A stretch of 64,000 nucleotides of DNA from Candidatus Bathyarchaeia archaeon (GTDB lineage Archaea; Thermoproteota; Bathyarchaeia; Bathyarchaeales; Bathycorpusculaceae), in assembly GCA_049516875.1 (NCBI GenBank), contig JBEKSS010000003.1:128001-192000 (forward strand). Reading direction: 5' to 3'. The position numbers were made by a program, and so were the translations under genes. Numbering within the stretch: position 1 is the first letter of the stretch; every line of letters starts with the position of its first letter. The notes under the pieces are model-generated. The model did not search any database. It saw only the letters and a list, made by a program, of their open reading frames with translations, and was not told where the DNA came from. Of this stretch, positions 1 to 10,127 are shown piece by piece.

Positions 1-589
1 CATATTTGCCGAGGTATTTCTCGCCGTTTACAGTTTCGACCCCTTCAACGGCGCCATTCTTCACTATCAACCCTTTCACGTCGCTTCTCGGCTTGAACTC
101 AACCTTCCCGTTCAGTTCTTGCCGCATTTTTCGAAGAGTCTGAGCGCATCTTTCCGTGCCCATGTGCCGAATCTTTTGGCGGATGAGTTTCAAGCCTGCC
201 AACGATGCTTTCCGTTCAAACTCCTCCACTTTCTCGTCCTCTGCTCCGTACGTGTGTTCAGTCGCTCCGAATTTCAGGTAGACCGTGTCCACGTAGCTTA
301 CGAGTTCTTCAAGCTCTTTGGGCGACACGTACTGGTTGAGCCATCCGCCCACTTCTGGAGACAACGTGAGTTTGCCGTCGCTGAAAGCTCCTGCCCCTCC
401 CCAACCGGACAGAACCGAGCATGGGTCACAATTGACACACTCGAAACCGCGACTCGCAGGGCATTTGCGCTGGTTTATGTCCTGTCCTCTGTCCAGCATC
501 ATAACACGCATGTTGTTTTTCTCTGCAAGTTCCAAAGCCGAGAATATTCCTGCAGGCCCAGCTCCAACGATTACTACGTCATATTTCAA
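1..589 (-). CDS. FAD-dependent oxidoreductase (COG2509-like), partial, runs off the left edge
   Basis: Read manually on the minus strand from TTG at 589: MKYDVVIVGAGPAGIFSALELAEK...CPASRGFECVNCDPCSVLSGWGGAGAFSDGKL; has the GxGxxG Rossmann motif and the GGAGAFSDGKL signature. Not in the ORF track because there is no stop codon in the window. Confidence 0.85.
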   Translation of the reverse strand, partial: MKYDVVIVGAGPAGIFSALELAEKNNMRVMMLDRGQDINQRKCPASRGFECVNCDPCSVLSGWGGAGAFSDGKLTLSPEVGGWLNQYVSPKELEELVSYVDTVYLKFGATEHTYGAEDEKVEEFERKASLAGLKLIRQKIRHMGTERCAQTLRKMRQELNGKVEFKPRSDVKGLIVKNGAVEGVETVNGEKYLGKY

Positions 590-782
590 CGGGCTTATCC
601 CCTGAAACCCAGAACTACATGTAGCAACTAGCATATATTTCTAGCGAGCGACTTAATGGCGCTTCAGCGAAGAAACCATAGCGTCCACGCTAAGCCCTCC
701 CTGTCGGAATTGCTAGGTCCAAGCTCTGTTACGCTTAAATGTGCGAACCGAAAATAACTAGGTGAAAAGGGGAGTTGATGAA

Positions 783-1322
783 ATGGTCAATTTGTGGCGA
801 GACATTCCGTGCGGTCCGGATCCTCCGCACAAAGTCTATGCAATAATCGAGGTGCCAAACGGAAGCACCAACAAGTACAAGTATGATTGTAAAGCTGGGT
901 TTTTCAAGCTTGACAGAGTCTTGTATTCTGCCCTTTACTACCTTGGTGATTATGGCATAATCCCCCGTTCATGGTCGTTGGACGGAGAGCCCCTCGACAT
1001 CTTGGTCTTGACAACAAAGCCCACCTTCACAGGCTGCGTGGTCACCGCGCGTCCTATCGGTGTTCTGACCACAGAGGACGAGAACGGACAGGATGACAAG
1101 ATCCTTGGAGTACCGGTCGATGACCCGAGGTTCGAGGAAGTTCAAGACATGGGCGACATTGCGAAGCATTTGAAGACAGAGATTGCAGACTTTTTCGTTA
1201 ACTACAAGAGGCTCGAACCGAAGAAATGGGTTAAAGTCAAGGAGTGGAAAGACGCGAAAGCTGCAGAAAAAATGATACTTGCCGCGTTTCAACTTTACAA
1301 AGAAGAGTTTCACACCACCTAA
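783..1322 (+). CDS. ppa: Inorganic pyrophosphatase, family I
   Basis: IIEVPxGSxNKYxYD, KLDRVL, YGIIPRS, DGEPLDILVL and DDKILGVP motifs; ATG at 783 follows a GGAG SD-like sequence. Confidence 0.93.
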   Translation: MVNLWRDIPCGPDPPHKVYAIIEVPNGSTNKYKYDCKAGFFKLDRVLYSALYYLGDYGIIPRSWSLDGEPLDILVLTTKPTFTGCVVTARPIGVLTTEDENGQDDKILGVPVDDPRFEEVQDMGDIAKHLKTEIADFFVNYKRLEPKKWVKVKEWKDAKAAEKMILAAFQLYKEEFHTT

Positions 1323-1436
1323 CCCGAGAAAGTGAAATGTGGACTTTTTCTAAGCACCTGCTCCTGTCGGAAACTAAATTTCCAGAAATTTAGATCGCTA
1401 GTTGCAAGCTGCTAGAAGTCGAAGCACCGGTAGTGA

Positions 1437-2915
1437 ATGAACAAAGTGTCCAAAGTCAAACTGCAATCTCAACTCACTCTTTTCGATGTCACAAACCTCG
1501 TGGTCGGAGCAATCATAGGAGCAGACATTTATGTGGCCTCAGCGTACGGAGCGCAGTACTTGGGTCCCTTTTCACTTGTTGTTTGGGTCATCGCAGGATT
1601 GATGGCCATCGTGATTGCACTATGCTTTGCCCAATGTGCATCGTTGCTTCCCAAGGTAGGCGGGCCGTACGCCTACGCAAGAGAAGCTTGGGGACCGTTT
1701 GCAGGTTTTATCGTCGGCTGGTCGCTCTGGCTTGCCGAATGGGTGTCACTGGCTGTTTTTCCCGGCGCCTTTGTTAATTACCTGAGTGTTTTCCTTCCAG
1801 GCCTTGATCTGGTTTACCAAACTCTTATCAAAGGGCTGTTCGTGCTGTTTCTCATTGCTACGAACATTTTCGGAGTCAGAGCGGCCGGAAGAACGAACGA
1901 CGTTCTTACTTTGGTCAAACTTGCTCCACTGATTCTCTTTGCGGCAGTTGGCTTATTGTTCGTGGTTGTTAACCCCGCTGTTGCGGCCTCCAATCTCTCC
2001 CCGTTCGCACCAAAGGGGTTTGGAAATTTCGGACTTGCTCTCGTCCTGATTTTCTGGGCTTACGCAGGCTTCGAAATTTCAACCATCCCGGCTGAAGAGA
2101 TAAAGGATGCGAAGAAAACTATCCCTAGGGCCATCGTTGTTGGGATTGCAATCGTGACGGTTTTCTATCTGGTGACGAACATCGTGCTTTTTGCCGTTCG
2201 ATCATACACTCTTTTAGGTTCAGACACTGCGCCGCTTGCTGAGGCAACCCTAGCAGTCCTGAGTTTTAGTTCTGTGCTGGTTCTCGTGGGCAAAGCAGTC
2301 GTGGGTGGTGGCGCGTTGGTGTCCGTTGCAGGTTCTGATGAGTCAGGGATGATAGGAACTTCAAGACTCGGATACGCTTTGGCGGCTGACGGTCTGTTCC
2401 CACGTGCCTTCGCCAAGATTCACCCAAAATACAAGACGCCTTACTTGGGAATAATAATCCAAGCCGTCACGGCGCTGATAGCTGCAATCTTCGGCACACT
2501 GCCAATCTTGATGGCAACCTCTGTTTTTCTGTTGGCAATAGCGTACACGGCCACCGGCCTGTCAGTCTTCTGGCTGCGCAAAAAGTTTCCAACACCCCAG
2601 TCTCGCTGGGAGGCCAGCTCTCTCATTCCGGCCTTGGGAATCATTTTCTCTCTTTTCCTAATCTTTGAGTGCGGAGTTGTCCAGATTGTTATAGGCGTAC
2701 TGATGCTTCTAGTTGGAATTCCAATCTACATCAGGTATTCTCCGAAGAAAGAACTGACAGATCTCAAGAACGCATTAATCGCCAGAGAAGCCGTTCTGGA
2801 AAGAGCCTACAAACAGGAGGACAGGTTTCTCGCTCACGTGCTGCGCCACGTGAAGAGGGGATACAGGAGAATTAGGGGTAAAGAGCAAACGTGGCAGACA
2901 ACAGACAAAGATTGA
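1437..2915 (+). CDS. APC-family amino acid permease
   Basis: About 12 hydrophobic segments; GAIIGADI, GGPYAYAREAWG, WAYAGFE, EEIKDAKKTIPRAI and SRLGYALAADGLFP motifs. Confidence 0.92.
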   Translation: MNKVSKVKLQSQLTLFDVTNLVVGAIIGADIYVASAYGAQYLGPFSLVVWVIAGLMAIVIALCFAQCASLLPKVGGPYAYAREAWGPFAGFIVGWSLWLAEWVSLAVFPGAFVNYLSVFLPGLDLVYQTLIKGLFVLFLIATNIFGVRAAGRTNDVLTLVKLAPLILFAAVGLLFVVVNPAVAASNLSPFAPKGFGNFGLALVLIFWAYAGFEISTIPAEEIKDAKKTIPRAIVVGIAIVTVFYLVTNIVLFAVRSYTLLGSDTAPLAEATLAVLSFSSVLVLVGKAVVGGGALVSVAGSDESGMIGTSRLGYALAADGLFPRAFAKIHPKYKTPYLGIIIQAVTALIAAIFGTLPILMATSVFLLAIAYTATGLSVFWLRKKFPTPQSRWEASSLIPALGIIFSLFLIFECGVVQIVIGVLMLLVGIPIYIRYSPKKELTDLKNALIAREAVLERAYKQEDRFLAHVLRHVKRGYRRIRGKEQTWQTTDKD

Positions 2916-2999
2916 AATTTCGCGCGTTTGCAACATTATCTAAAACGAAAAAACGATATAGGACAGACGTTGATATGGGTGTTGGAAGGCGGTTGCAAA

Positions 3000-3347
3000 A
3001 TGAAGGTATTTCCATACACAGATGTTGAATCACAGGACGCTGATTCAGGAGCAGAAAAGGTGAAGGTAAGATGGCTAATCACGAAGGAGATGGGTGCCCC
3101 CAACTTCGCGATGAGGTTGTTTGAAGTCGGTAAGGACGGATGCAGTCCTTTCCACAATCATGCGTGGGAACACGAAGTTTTCATACTTGAGGGCGAAGGA
3201 ACTGTTATGAGCGAAAAAGGACCTAAGAAGTTCAAACAAGGCGGCGTTGTTTTTGTTCTTCCAAACGAAAAGCATCAGTTCAGGAATGAAGGCAAAGGCG
3301 TATTGAAGTTCCTGTGCCTAGTACCTATCGAAAAGAAAAGTGAGTGA
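3000..3347 (+). CDS. Cupin domain protein
   Basis: SPFHNHAWEHEVFILEGEG...PNEKHQFRN cupin motifs 1 and 2; ATG at 3000. Confidence 0.9.
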   Translation: MKVFPYTDVESQDADSGAEKVKVRWLITKEMGAPNFAMRLFEVGKDGCSPFHNHAWEHEVFILEGEGTVMSEKGPKKFKQGGVVFVLPNEKHQFRNEGKGVLKFLCLVPIEKKSE

Positions 3348-3391
3348 GAGCGCACTAAGCTTTATATTTCGCCGCCAGCGCGAGTCACTCC

Positions 3392-4062
3392 ATGCCTTCC
3401 AAGATGGGGAAGAGGTACCCAAGCGACTACACCGAAGAGGAGCTTCGAGCCCAAGCCCGTGAACTCGAGAGCACCGTCACGATCCCTGCAAACGTTGAGA
3501 TTGAAGCTGATCACAGAGTACTTGACCTCGGTGAAGTGGAGAAGCTCCTGAGGCAGGCTAAGAACATCATCCCCCAGGACTGTGGCTGCCGCAGGACAAG
3601 GGGAACTGCGATGCCCCGCGAGACGTCTGCATCACCATAGACCCGCCGGAAGATTACATCGCCAAGAACGCAAGATGTCACCCCCACGAGTCCACGCTGG
3701 AGGGGACACTCAACGCTCTGAGGAGGAGCCACGAACTCGGCCTTGTCCACATGGCTTACACGATGAAGGACAACGATCATCCCACGGTAATGTGCAGCTG
3801 CTGCCCTTGCTGTTGCCACACGCTGGGCGGACTTCTTCGCCACGGTATAGCGGCGCAGGTTCTTACATCCAGGTTCGTTGCCGAGGAGGACGAGGAAAAG
3901 TGTGCAGGGTGTGGTCGGCGTGTTGACCGATGCGTCTTCGGGATCCGTCACCTCGACAACGGCGAGCTTAGGTACGACAGATGTAAATGTTTCGGCTGCT
4001 GCCTCTGCTTCTCTACATGTCCCGCCGGTGCGATATCTCTCGTACCTCGAGCGAGCGCTTGA
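3392..4062 (+). pseudogene. 4Fe-4S ferredoxin-domain protein split by a 1-nt frameshift near 3600-3604
   Basis: The first frame ends ...QDCGCRRTRG; adding one base in the G run (ACAAGGGGAAC) continues as NCDAPRDVCITID...GLVHMAY...CSCCPCCC...CAGCGRRVDRC...CFGCCLCFSTCP. The first ferredoxin motif also lacks one Cys. Confidence 0.75.
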
Positions 4063-4097
4063 AAGAAAAATCGTGAACGTTTTTTTAGGTTTACAGG

Positions 4098-4376
4098 TCA
4101 ATCCTTTATTGCTTCAAGCAGGCTCATTACGTTCCACAGTTTGACTCTGGTGTAAGGTGGCATGTTTGGATCCTGCAGGATTTCGTCCATGAGTGATATG
4201 GCGTTCGCTGCTCTGACCGCGGGTGTGTACTCCTTTGTTTGTAGAGCGTCCAAGGAATCCTTAGCGGCTCTTCTAATGTTTCTAGGTGTCGTGTTGTCCT
4301 CGGAAACAGCTCCAAGCACGGCTAACGCTTGTTTTATCCGCTCTTCGTATTCCTCCATTTTCTTCTTTCTAACCAT
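4098..4376 (-). CDS. UPF0147 family protein
   Basis: DNTTPRNIRRAA...AVRAANAIS...DPNMPPYTRVKLWN archaeal signature. Confidence 0.9.
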   Translation of the reverse strand: MVRKKKMEEYEERIKQALAVLGAVSEDNTTPRNIRRAAKDSLDALQTKEYTPAVRAANAISLMDEILQDPNMPPYTRVKLWNVMSLLEAIKD

Positions 4377-4450
4377 TCTGCCATCCCGCGTAATCCGTGA
4401 TAGCCTTGTTATATAAGCTGGGATACCTATTTACTTTGGGGTTTTAAAGC

Positions 4451-4816
4451 TTGTCGCGAAAACCACGTGAAGAGCCGCACATCAAACGGATGGCTGATCT
4501 CCTGCGCCAAGGCTCGACACTGACAGAGTTAGCCTGTCCCGCGTGTGCTTCGCCCTTGTTCAGACTGAAAAACGGTGGCCTGTGGTGTGGAAGGTGTGAG
4601 AAAAAGGTCATAGTGGTGAAGGAAGGAGAGGGAGAGACAGAAGCAACAGGCTCCATCGCCCTCCAAAACCTCGAAGTCACCCTTCTGGCCAAGGTTCAGA
4701 CAATACAGAACAGAATAGAACACGAAGAGAACCCCGAAGAACTGCAGAAACTGAACACCGCGCTCTCCGGACTCTTAGAGAACCTCGAGAGAATAAGAAA
4801 AACAAAGAAGACATAG
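4451..4816 (+). CDS. UPF0148 / Sjogren autoantigen-1-like Zn-ribbon protein
   Basis: MADLLRQGSTL..LACPACASPLF....G.LWCGRC followed by a coiled coil; divergent from UPF0147, a common archaeal arrangement. Confidence 0.85.
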   Translation: MSRKPREEPHIKRMADLLRQGSTLTELACPACASPLFRLKNGGLWCGRCEKKVIVVKEGEGETEATGSIALQNLEVTLLAKVQTIQNRIEHEENPEELQKLNTALSGLLENLERIRKTKKT

Positions 4817-4823
4817 GCGTCTC

Positions 4824-5339
4824 ATGACAATGCTCGGATTCTACGCAAACTTTCCGCAAAACATTCACAAGGCAGAAACCTTCTCCACCTCAATCTCGAA
4901 CAAGAAGCTGCAGCAGGTGCTGGTAGAGGCTCTGTACAAGTTGAACAGCGAAACCCTCTGCCTGGAAGAAGTCTCTACGCCTTCAATTCCAGGTTGCAAG
5001 GTCATTTTCGAGGTCGGAGTGGCTGAAGGCAACGACTTCAATTACGTAGATAACGAAGAAAGAGAAAGGCTGCTGGGAGCCTTAAACAAGAAGCCCTTCC
5101 AAATAATGGATTTTCTCTGCGTCGTCCGCTATCACAAGATTCGAAAAGAAAGGAAAGCGCGCATGAGGTTTGATTATTACATGCTACGCTTGGTGTTCGG
5201 TGATAAATTCATGGAAATTCAGATTTCCCATGAAAGAGGGCTAATGCACACTTCGGCTGATGATCTCGTAAAACTCGTCGTGAACAAGGTTAACGCTGCT
5301 TTCTCAAAGAGAGTGCTGAGGCCTTCTGAAGCTGCCTAG
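4824..5339 (+). CDS. Conserved hypothetical protein
   Basis: 171-aa ORF with normal composition, 7 nt after the previous stop codon. Confidence 0.7.
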   Translation: MTMLGFYANFPQNIHKAETFSTSISNKKLQQVLVEALYKLNSETLCLEEVSTPSIPGCKVIFEVGVAEGNDFNYVDNEERERLLGALNKKPFQIMDFLCVVRYHKIRKERKARMRFDYYMLRLVFGDKFMEIQISHERGLMHTSADDLVKLVVNKVNAAFSKRVLRPSEAA

Positions 5340-5935
5340 AAGTCTTTTTTCAGAAAACTTTGGACGACAGCAGCAATGTCTCCCGCAACTTCCCTCTTGG
5401 GTTTGTTTCCGTCCACCCTGACCAGTTCGCCCTTTTCAATGAATTTAACGTAGACTTGTCGCACTTTTCTCTGTGTTTCAAGGGTCTCCATAACTGACTT
5501 CTTAGGCTTCAGCCTTTGAACGACGGTTTCAGGTTCCACGTCGATGAAAATTGCCAGGTCGGGGCGTACCGCGTGCTCGTTTATCTTCTCAATCCACTCC
5601 AGGTCAAGCCCGGTTGCTCCTTGATAGGCTAGGGAGGAGTAGACGTAACGGTCAGAAACAACTATTTTCCCTTTTTTCAGAGCGGGCAGAACGGTGTTTT
5701 CAACGTGTTCAAAACGGTCTGCAGCAAACAGCAACGCCTCAATCACGCCTGAACTGCGCTTGTCACTGTGCAGACAGTGTTTCTTGATGAACATTCCTAT
5801 TCTTCCACCGCTCGGTTCAGCCGTGTAAACCGCATCATAGCTTCTCCTCAGCCTTCTCACAAGCAGCTTTGCCTGCGTGGTCTTTCCACATCCGTCTAAC
5901 CCTTCGACGCAAATGAAAACTCCTTTGGAACTCAT
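5336..5935 (-). CDS. tmk: Thymidylate kinase
   Basis: EGLDGCGKTTQ P-loop, ALLFAADR, VSDRYVYSSLAYQG, PDLAIFID. Confidence 0.95.
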   Translation of the reverse strand: MSSKGVFICVEGLDGCGKTTQAKLLVRRLRRSYDAVYTAEPSGGRIGMFIKKHCLHSDKRSSGVIEALLFAADRFEHVENTVLPALKKGKIVVSDRYVYSSLAYQGATGLDLEWIEKINEHAVRPDLAIFIDVEPETVVQRLKPKKSVMETLETQRKVRQVYVKFIEKGELVRVDGNKPKREVAGDIAAVVQSFLKKDF

Positions 5936-6088
5936 CCTCCCCCATCCTACGACCCTAAACAATTATGCATTGTAAGGATAGGAATATTAAATGTTATTTT
6001 GCATTTCTCAAAGTGCCGCTGCAAAGCGGCAAATTCTTGATATAGCTCTTTAGGGTAATAGCGCAAGTGGACTCGATTTGGAGTTGAT

Positions 6089-7024
6089 GTGATGGCGCGT
6101 GTTGGTTCGGATAATAGTGTCGACAGATACCCCAATGAAACCATGAGACTGCTTTTTGAGAGGTCGAGTTGTCGAAGCTTCTTGGACAAGAAGATTCCAG
6201 AAGATGTCCTGAGTCTTGTTCTTGAAGCAGGGATTCACGCTCCCACCGCGGGAAACCTGCAGCCCTATTCCATCATAAGAATAGAAAACAAAGAAACGAA
6301 GCAGAAACTGGCCGAAATGTGTGAACAGAGTTTCATAGGCAAGGCTCCAATCCTTCTGCTGTTTTGCCTTGACTTGCACCGCAACGAGAGATGGGCAAAC
6401 CTGGAAGCTGCTCCCTACACGGCAACCAGTTCCTTCCGCCATTTCTGGGTGTCTTTCCAAGACACTATCATATGCGCGCAAAACATCTGCACGGCTGCAG
6501 ACTCGATGGGGCTGGGCTCAGTGTACATTGGCACAGTAATCGATTATCCCGCCAAAATTCAGGCGATGTTCAAGTTGCCGAAAGGAGTGTTTCCAGTTGT
6601 GCTTCTCTGCATGGGATACCCAACGAAGAGAATGAAACCGCGAAACAAACTAGGTGCCAAAGTTGTTGTCCATTCGGAATGCTACCGGGAAATGAAAGAT
6701 CAAGAAGTAATAGACGCCTACAACCAGAAGTATAGTGACGAGAAGCATCGTGGCGAGAAGCTTGGCATTTCCGAAGAAAGGTTAGAGACAATAATGAAAG
6801 TCTGTCGTGCAGTTGCTGGAGAGGAGTTCGCCAAGAAATGCGCTGACCGAATCAAGGCAGATGGATACATAAACATAGCGCAACACTATTTCGGACTCCA
6901 TTACCGAGCTGATGTTATGCCTCAAGGAAATGATGACTATATCAGACTGATGGAAGAATCAGGGTTCAAATGGTTCAAGAAATATCAGGCTCCATTTGCA
7001 GCTAAGGGAACACAAAAAGAATGA
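6089..7024 (+). CDS. Nitroreductase family protein (NfsA-like)
   Basis: RSSCRSF, HAPTAGNLQPYS, QNICTAADSMGLGSVYIG, LLCMGYP. Confidence 0.9.
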   Translation: MMARVGSDNSVDRYPNETMRLLFERSSCRSFLDKKIPEDVLSLVLEAGIHAPTAGNLQPYSIIRIENKETKQKLAEMCEQSFIGKAPILLLFCLDLHRNERWANLEAAPYTATSSFRHFWVSFQDTIICAQNICTAADSMGLGSVYIGTVIDYPAKIQAMFKLPKGVFPVVLLCMGYPTKRMKPRNKLGAKVVVHSECYREMKDQEVIDAYNQKYSDEKHRGEKLGISEERLETIMKVCRAVAGEEFAKKCADRIKADGYINIAQHYFGLHYRADVMPQGNDDYIRLMEESGFKWFKKYQAPFAAKGTQKE

Positions 7025-7114
7025 GACCAACCAGCAGGCTCTGCCCAAAGCAGTGTTAGGCATTATAAGAATAGACGCACCTAATGGATATCCAAAGGCT
7101 GAGGAAGGTTGTAA

Positions 7115-8395
7115 ATGCCTAAGAATTACTGGGGTGAGATAAAGGATCCCGTGCACGGTTACGTGTACATTACTGAAGAGGAGAGAGCCCTTATTGATTC
7201 TTATCCTGTCCAGAGGCTACATAGGCTGCGTCAGCTTGCGGGCGCGGAGTATGTCTATCCTGGAGCAAATCACACGCGTTTTGAACACTCAATCGGCGTG
7301 ATGCACTTGGCCAGCAGCGTGGCTGAAAACCCCAACATTTCACAGTACATTGGTGAAGATGAAGCGGAAATGGTCAGGATTGCCGGTCTGCTTCATGACG
7401 TTGGACACGGGCCTTTTTCACACGTTTTTGAATATTTGCTCGACAAAGAGCTGAACCAGACACACGAGGACATTACCCTGTGGATAGTCAAGAACAGTGA
7501 ACTGAAAGACAGGTTGAAAAAGGCGGGTTACAGGCCGGAGGATGTTGGAAAACTGGCGGTCGGCAGACTTCACAGGCCTGGGAAGGCTTTCCTAGATCAG
7601 ATAATAAGCAGCGGGGTTGATGTGGACAAACTGGACTTCATAGTGCGTGACACGTACCACACGGGCGCGGAATATGGTTTCATCGACATTTTCAGGTTAA
7701 TCCACACGTTAGACGTGTTGGAGGGCAATTTGGCGGTTGACCTTGGCGCCTTGTCAGCCCTTGAATCCCTCATAATAGCCCGAATAGAATCCTTCAGGAG
7801 CATATACTTCCACCGCGTCGGAAGGGCAGCACAAATCATGCTTGCGATAGCAATGGAAAAAGCAAACGATGAACTTGGGTTGACGAGTTTCAAAACTCCA
7901 GAGGAATATCTGGCCATGGACGATTACACCGTTTGGACGATGCTAAAGAACTGCAAAAAATCAAGCGGAATCATAAGAGACCTTGAAAGGCGAAAGATGC
8001 TGAAATGCGCCTATGAAAGAACATTCTACGAAAAAGACGCGATGGTTTCGAACATTTTCAGCCGTGAAGCCAACAGAAAGCAGCTGCAAGCCGACATTGC
8101 AAATGAAGCGAAGGTTGACGCAGAAGCCGTTATCATAGACGTGCCCACCGTTCCATCCGTCCCGAATCATCACTCGGTCCTGATGGAAAACATGGAAATC
8201 CCCGTGTTCTACAAAACGCCGAAGGGCGAAAGAATCCCGCAGCGGCTAAGCGAGACTTCAAAGATATTCGAAACCCTCAGAGGCTTCATAAACATCCTGC
8301 GCGTCTACACTGAAGAGGAACACCGTGAAAAAGTCAACGCTGCAGCATCAAAGATTTTAGGCAGAATCCCCTCTTCAGCAAGAATATCCTACTAA
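7115..8395 (+). CDS. HD-domain phosphohydrolase (dNTPase/SAMHD1-like)
   Basis: IKDPVHG, QRLHRLRQL, HTRFEHSIG, LLHDVGHGPFSH, DVDKLDFIVRD, YFHR. Confidence 0.92.
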   Translation: MPKNYWGEIKDPVHGYVYITEEERALIDSYPVQRLHRLRQLAGAEYVYPGANHTRFEHSIGVMHLASSVAENPNISQYIGEDEAEMVRIAGLLHDVGHGPFSHVFEYLLDKELNQTHEDITLWIVKNSELKDRLKKAGYRPEDVGKLAVGRLHRPGKAFLDQIISSGVDVDKLDFIVRDTYHTGAEYGFIDIFRLIHTLDVLEGNLAVDLGALSALESLIIARIESFRSIYFHRVGRAAQIMLAIAMEKANDELGLTSFKTPEEYLAMDDYTVWTMLKNCKKSSGIIRDLERRKMLKCAYERTFYEKDAMVSNIFSREANRKQLQADIANEAKVDAEAVIIDVPTVPSVPNHHSVLMENMEIPVFYKTPKGERIPQRLSETSKIFETLRGFINILRVYTEEEHREKVNAAASKILGRIPSSARISY

Positions 8396-8408
8396 AGCGT
8401 GCCAGAAG

Positions 8409-8837
8409 ATGCAACTTCTAACGTTAAAGGGCCGAAAAATCGTGGAAGGAACATGTACGTCAGAAGCCCTTGTGAGCACAAAACCAATCAGCTTTTTGGG
8501 CGGAGTTGACCCGGCTGACGGAAAAATAATTGAAAAGAACCACGACCTCTGTGGCGCATGTATAAAAGACAAGGTTCTGGTCTTCCCACACGGACACGGC
8601 TCCACGGTGGGCAGCTACGTGATGTACTCATTGGCCAAGAAAGGCTTAGCACCCGCAGCCATCATCAACCAAACAGCCGACCCCGTGGTTGTGGTCGGTG
8701 CGATTATAGCTAACATCCCGATGATAGACCGAATCGACATTAAACAAATTAAAACAGGCGACACCGTTGAAGTTGACGGCTACAAAGGCGTCGCAAGAAT
8801 CTCAAAACAGAAGGAGAACCGAAGCGCGTGTACTTGA
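8409..8837 (+). CDS. Aconitase X swivel subunit (DUF126), probable phosphomevalonate dehydratase small subunit
   Basis: ISFLGGVDP.DG, GHGSTVGSYV, GAIIANIP; overlaps the large-subunit gene. Confidence 0.88.
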   Translation: MQLLTLKGRKIVEGTCTSEALVSTKPISFLGGVDPADGKIIEKNHDLCGACIKDKVLVFPHGHGSTVGSYVMYSLAKKGLAPAAIINQTADPVVVVGAIIANIPMIDRIDIKQIKTGDTVEVDGYKGVARISKQKENRSACT

Positions 8838-10000
8838 CGCAAGAGGAAGAGCGCGTTTGCGACGGCGAGAGCGGCTGGGCAAACCAGACCTGCATGGAAA
8901 TACTCGTACGTTTGGGCGAGCTGTTCGGTGCAGATAAACTCATACCAATAGCCTCAGCACATGTTTCGGGAGTCTCATACAAAACACTGGGCGACGCCCC
9001 AATCGAGTTTCTGAAAGCCCTAGCTGACGATGACGCGAGAGTAAAAGTCAGAACCACTTTGAACCCGCAAAGCCTTGACTCCCAGTACCTTGTGAAGAGA
9101 CTTCCAAAGCGTCTACGGGAGCCCCAATTAGATATTTTGAAGCAGTTTGAAAAAATGGGTTTAACACAGTCTTTGACGTGCACACCGTACTACTTGCAGA
9201 AGCCAAAACGCGGCTCACACCACGCTTGGGCCGAGTCTTCAGCCGTGGTCTACGCCAATTCAGTCTTGGGCGCATGGACAAACCGTGAGGGCGGACCGAG
9301 CGCCCTTGCGGCAGCGATAATTGGAAAGACACCAGATTATGGAGTTCACAAAATGGAAAACCGGCAGCCAAACGTCACGGTGAATGTGGAGACTGTGCTG
9401 CGAAACGAAACAGAACTCGGAGCACTAGGAATCCTTTTGGGCAAAACGCTGGGAAACAGAATACCAGCGATTCAAGGCCTGCCAAAAACCTCAAAAGACG
9501 ACTTAAAGCAGGTTTGCGCCGCCCTTGGTACTACAGGAATGGCAAACATGTTTCATCTCAACACAGGCCCGAAGAGCAAAGGAACCGAGAGGATAAGTGT
9601 GGACCGACAGCAGATCAAACATACTATCGGAGAACTGTCCACAGCCTCAACCTCTAAGCCTGACTTGGTCTTTCTCGGATGCCCACACTGTTCGCTGAAC
9701 GAGGTGAAACGAATCGCTCAACTTGTCGAAGGGAAGAGAGTGAGAACTGGAACGGAGTTTTGGGTTTGCACCTCCTGTCACGTCAGACGAATGGCCGGTG
9801 ACTGCGTGAAGAGGATAGAAAGGGCTGGAGGACACGTGCTCGATGGCGTCTGCACGGTCGTCTCATGGACCGAAGAACTTGGAATAAAAAGGATAATGAC
9901 AAACTCGGCCAAAACAGCCTATTACGCGCCCACACTGAACAAGGCTGAACCCCTACTTGCGCCACTGCAAGACTGTCTGAAAGCAGCGTTGCAAGGATAA
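8828..10000 (+). CDS. Aconitase X catalytic subunit (DUF521), probable phosphomevalonate dehydratase large subunit
   Basis: HVSGVSYKT, TCTPY, WAESSAVVYANSVLGAWTNREGGPSAL, GCPHCS, MTNSAK. Confidence 0.9.
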   Translation: MYLTQEEERVCDGESGWANQTCMEILVRLGELFGADKLIPIASAHVSGVSYKTLGDAPIEFLKALADDDARVKVRTTLNPQSLDSQYLVKRLPKRLREPQLDILKQFEKMGLTQSLTCTPYYLQKPKRGSHHAWAESSAVVYANSVLGAWTNREGGPSALAAAIIGKTPDYGVHKMENRQPNVTVNVETVLRNETELGALGILLGKTLGNRIPAIQGLPKTSKDDLKQVCAALGTTGMANMFHLNTGPKSKGTERISVDRQQIKHTIGELSTASTSKPDLVFLGCPHCSLNEVKRIAQLVEGKRVRTGTEFWVCTSCHVRRMAGDCVKRIERAGGHVLDGVCTVVSWTEELGIKRIMTNSAKTAYYAPTLNKAEPLLAPLQDCLKAALQG

Positions 10001-10049
10001 GGTTTATTCGAACGAAGACCTACTCAGCATGATGCTTCCGGGCGGCAGA

Positions 10050-10127
10050 GCTCCGGTAGTATAGCCCGGTTAAGTATTCCGGCCTTTCGAGCCGGAGACC
10101 CGGGTCCAAATCCCGGCCGGAGCACCA
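10050..10127 (+). tRNA. tRNA-Glu (TTC), intronless, CCA encoded
   Basis: Acceptor stem GCTCCGG/CCGGAGC followed by ACCA; anticodon stem CCGGC/GCCGG with loop CT-TTC-GA; T stem CCGGG/CCCGG. Confidence 0.95.

Noticed and set aside
119-631. Plus-strand ORFs 119-631 and 318-605 (and similar shadow ORFs such as 44630-45298, 45156-45830, 54096-54752, 27808-28407)
   Set aside because: Antisense or off-frame shadows of well-supported genes; no motifs.
3596-3606. Programmed -1 frameshift site
   Set aside because: Does not fit X XXY YYZ in the correct frame, and a second lesion (lost Cys) suggests decay or error.
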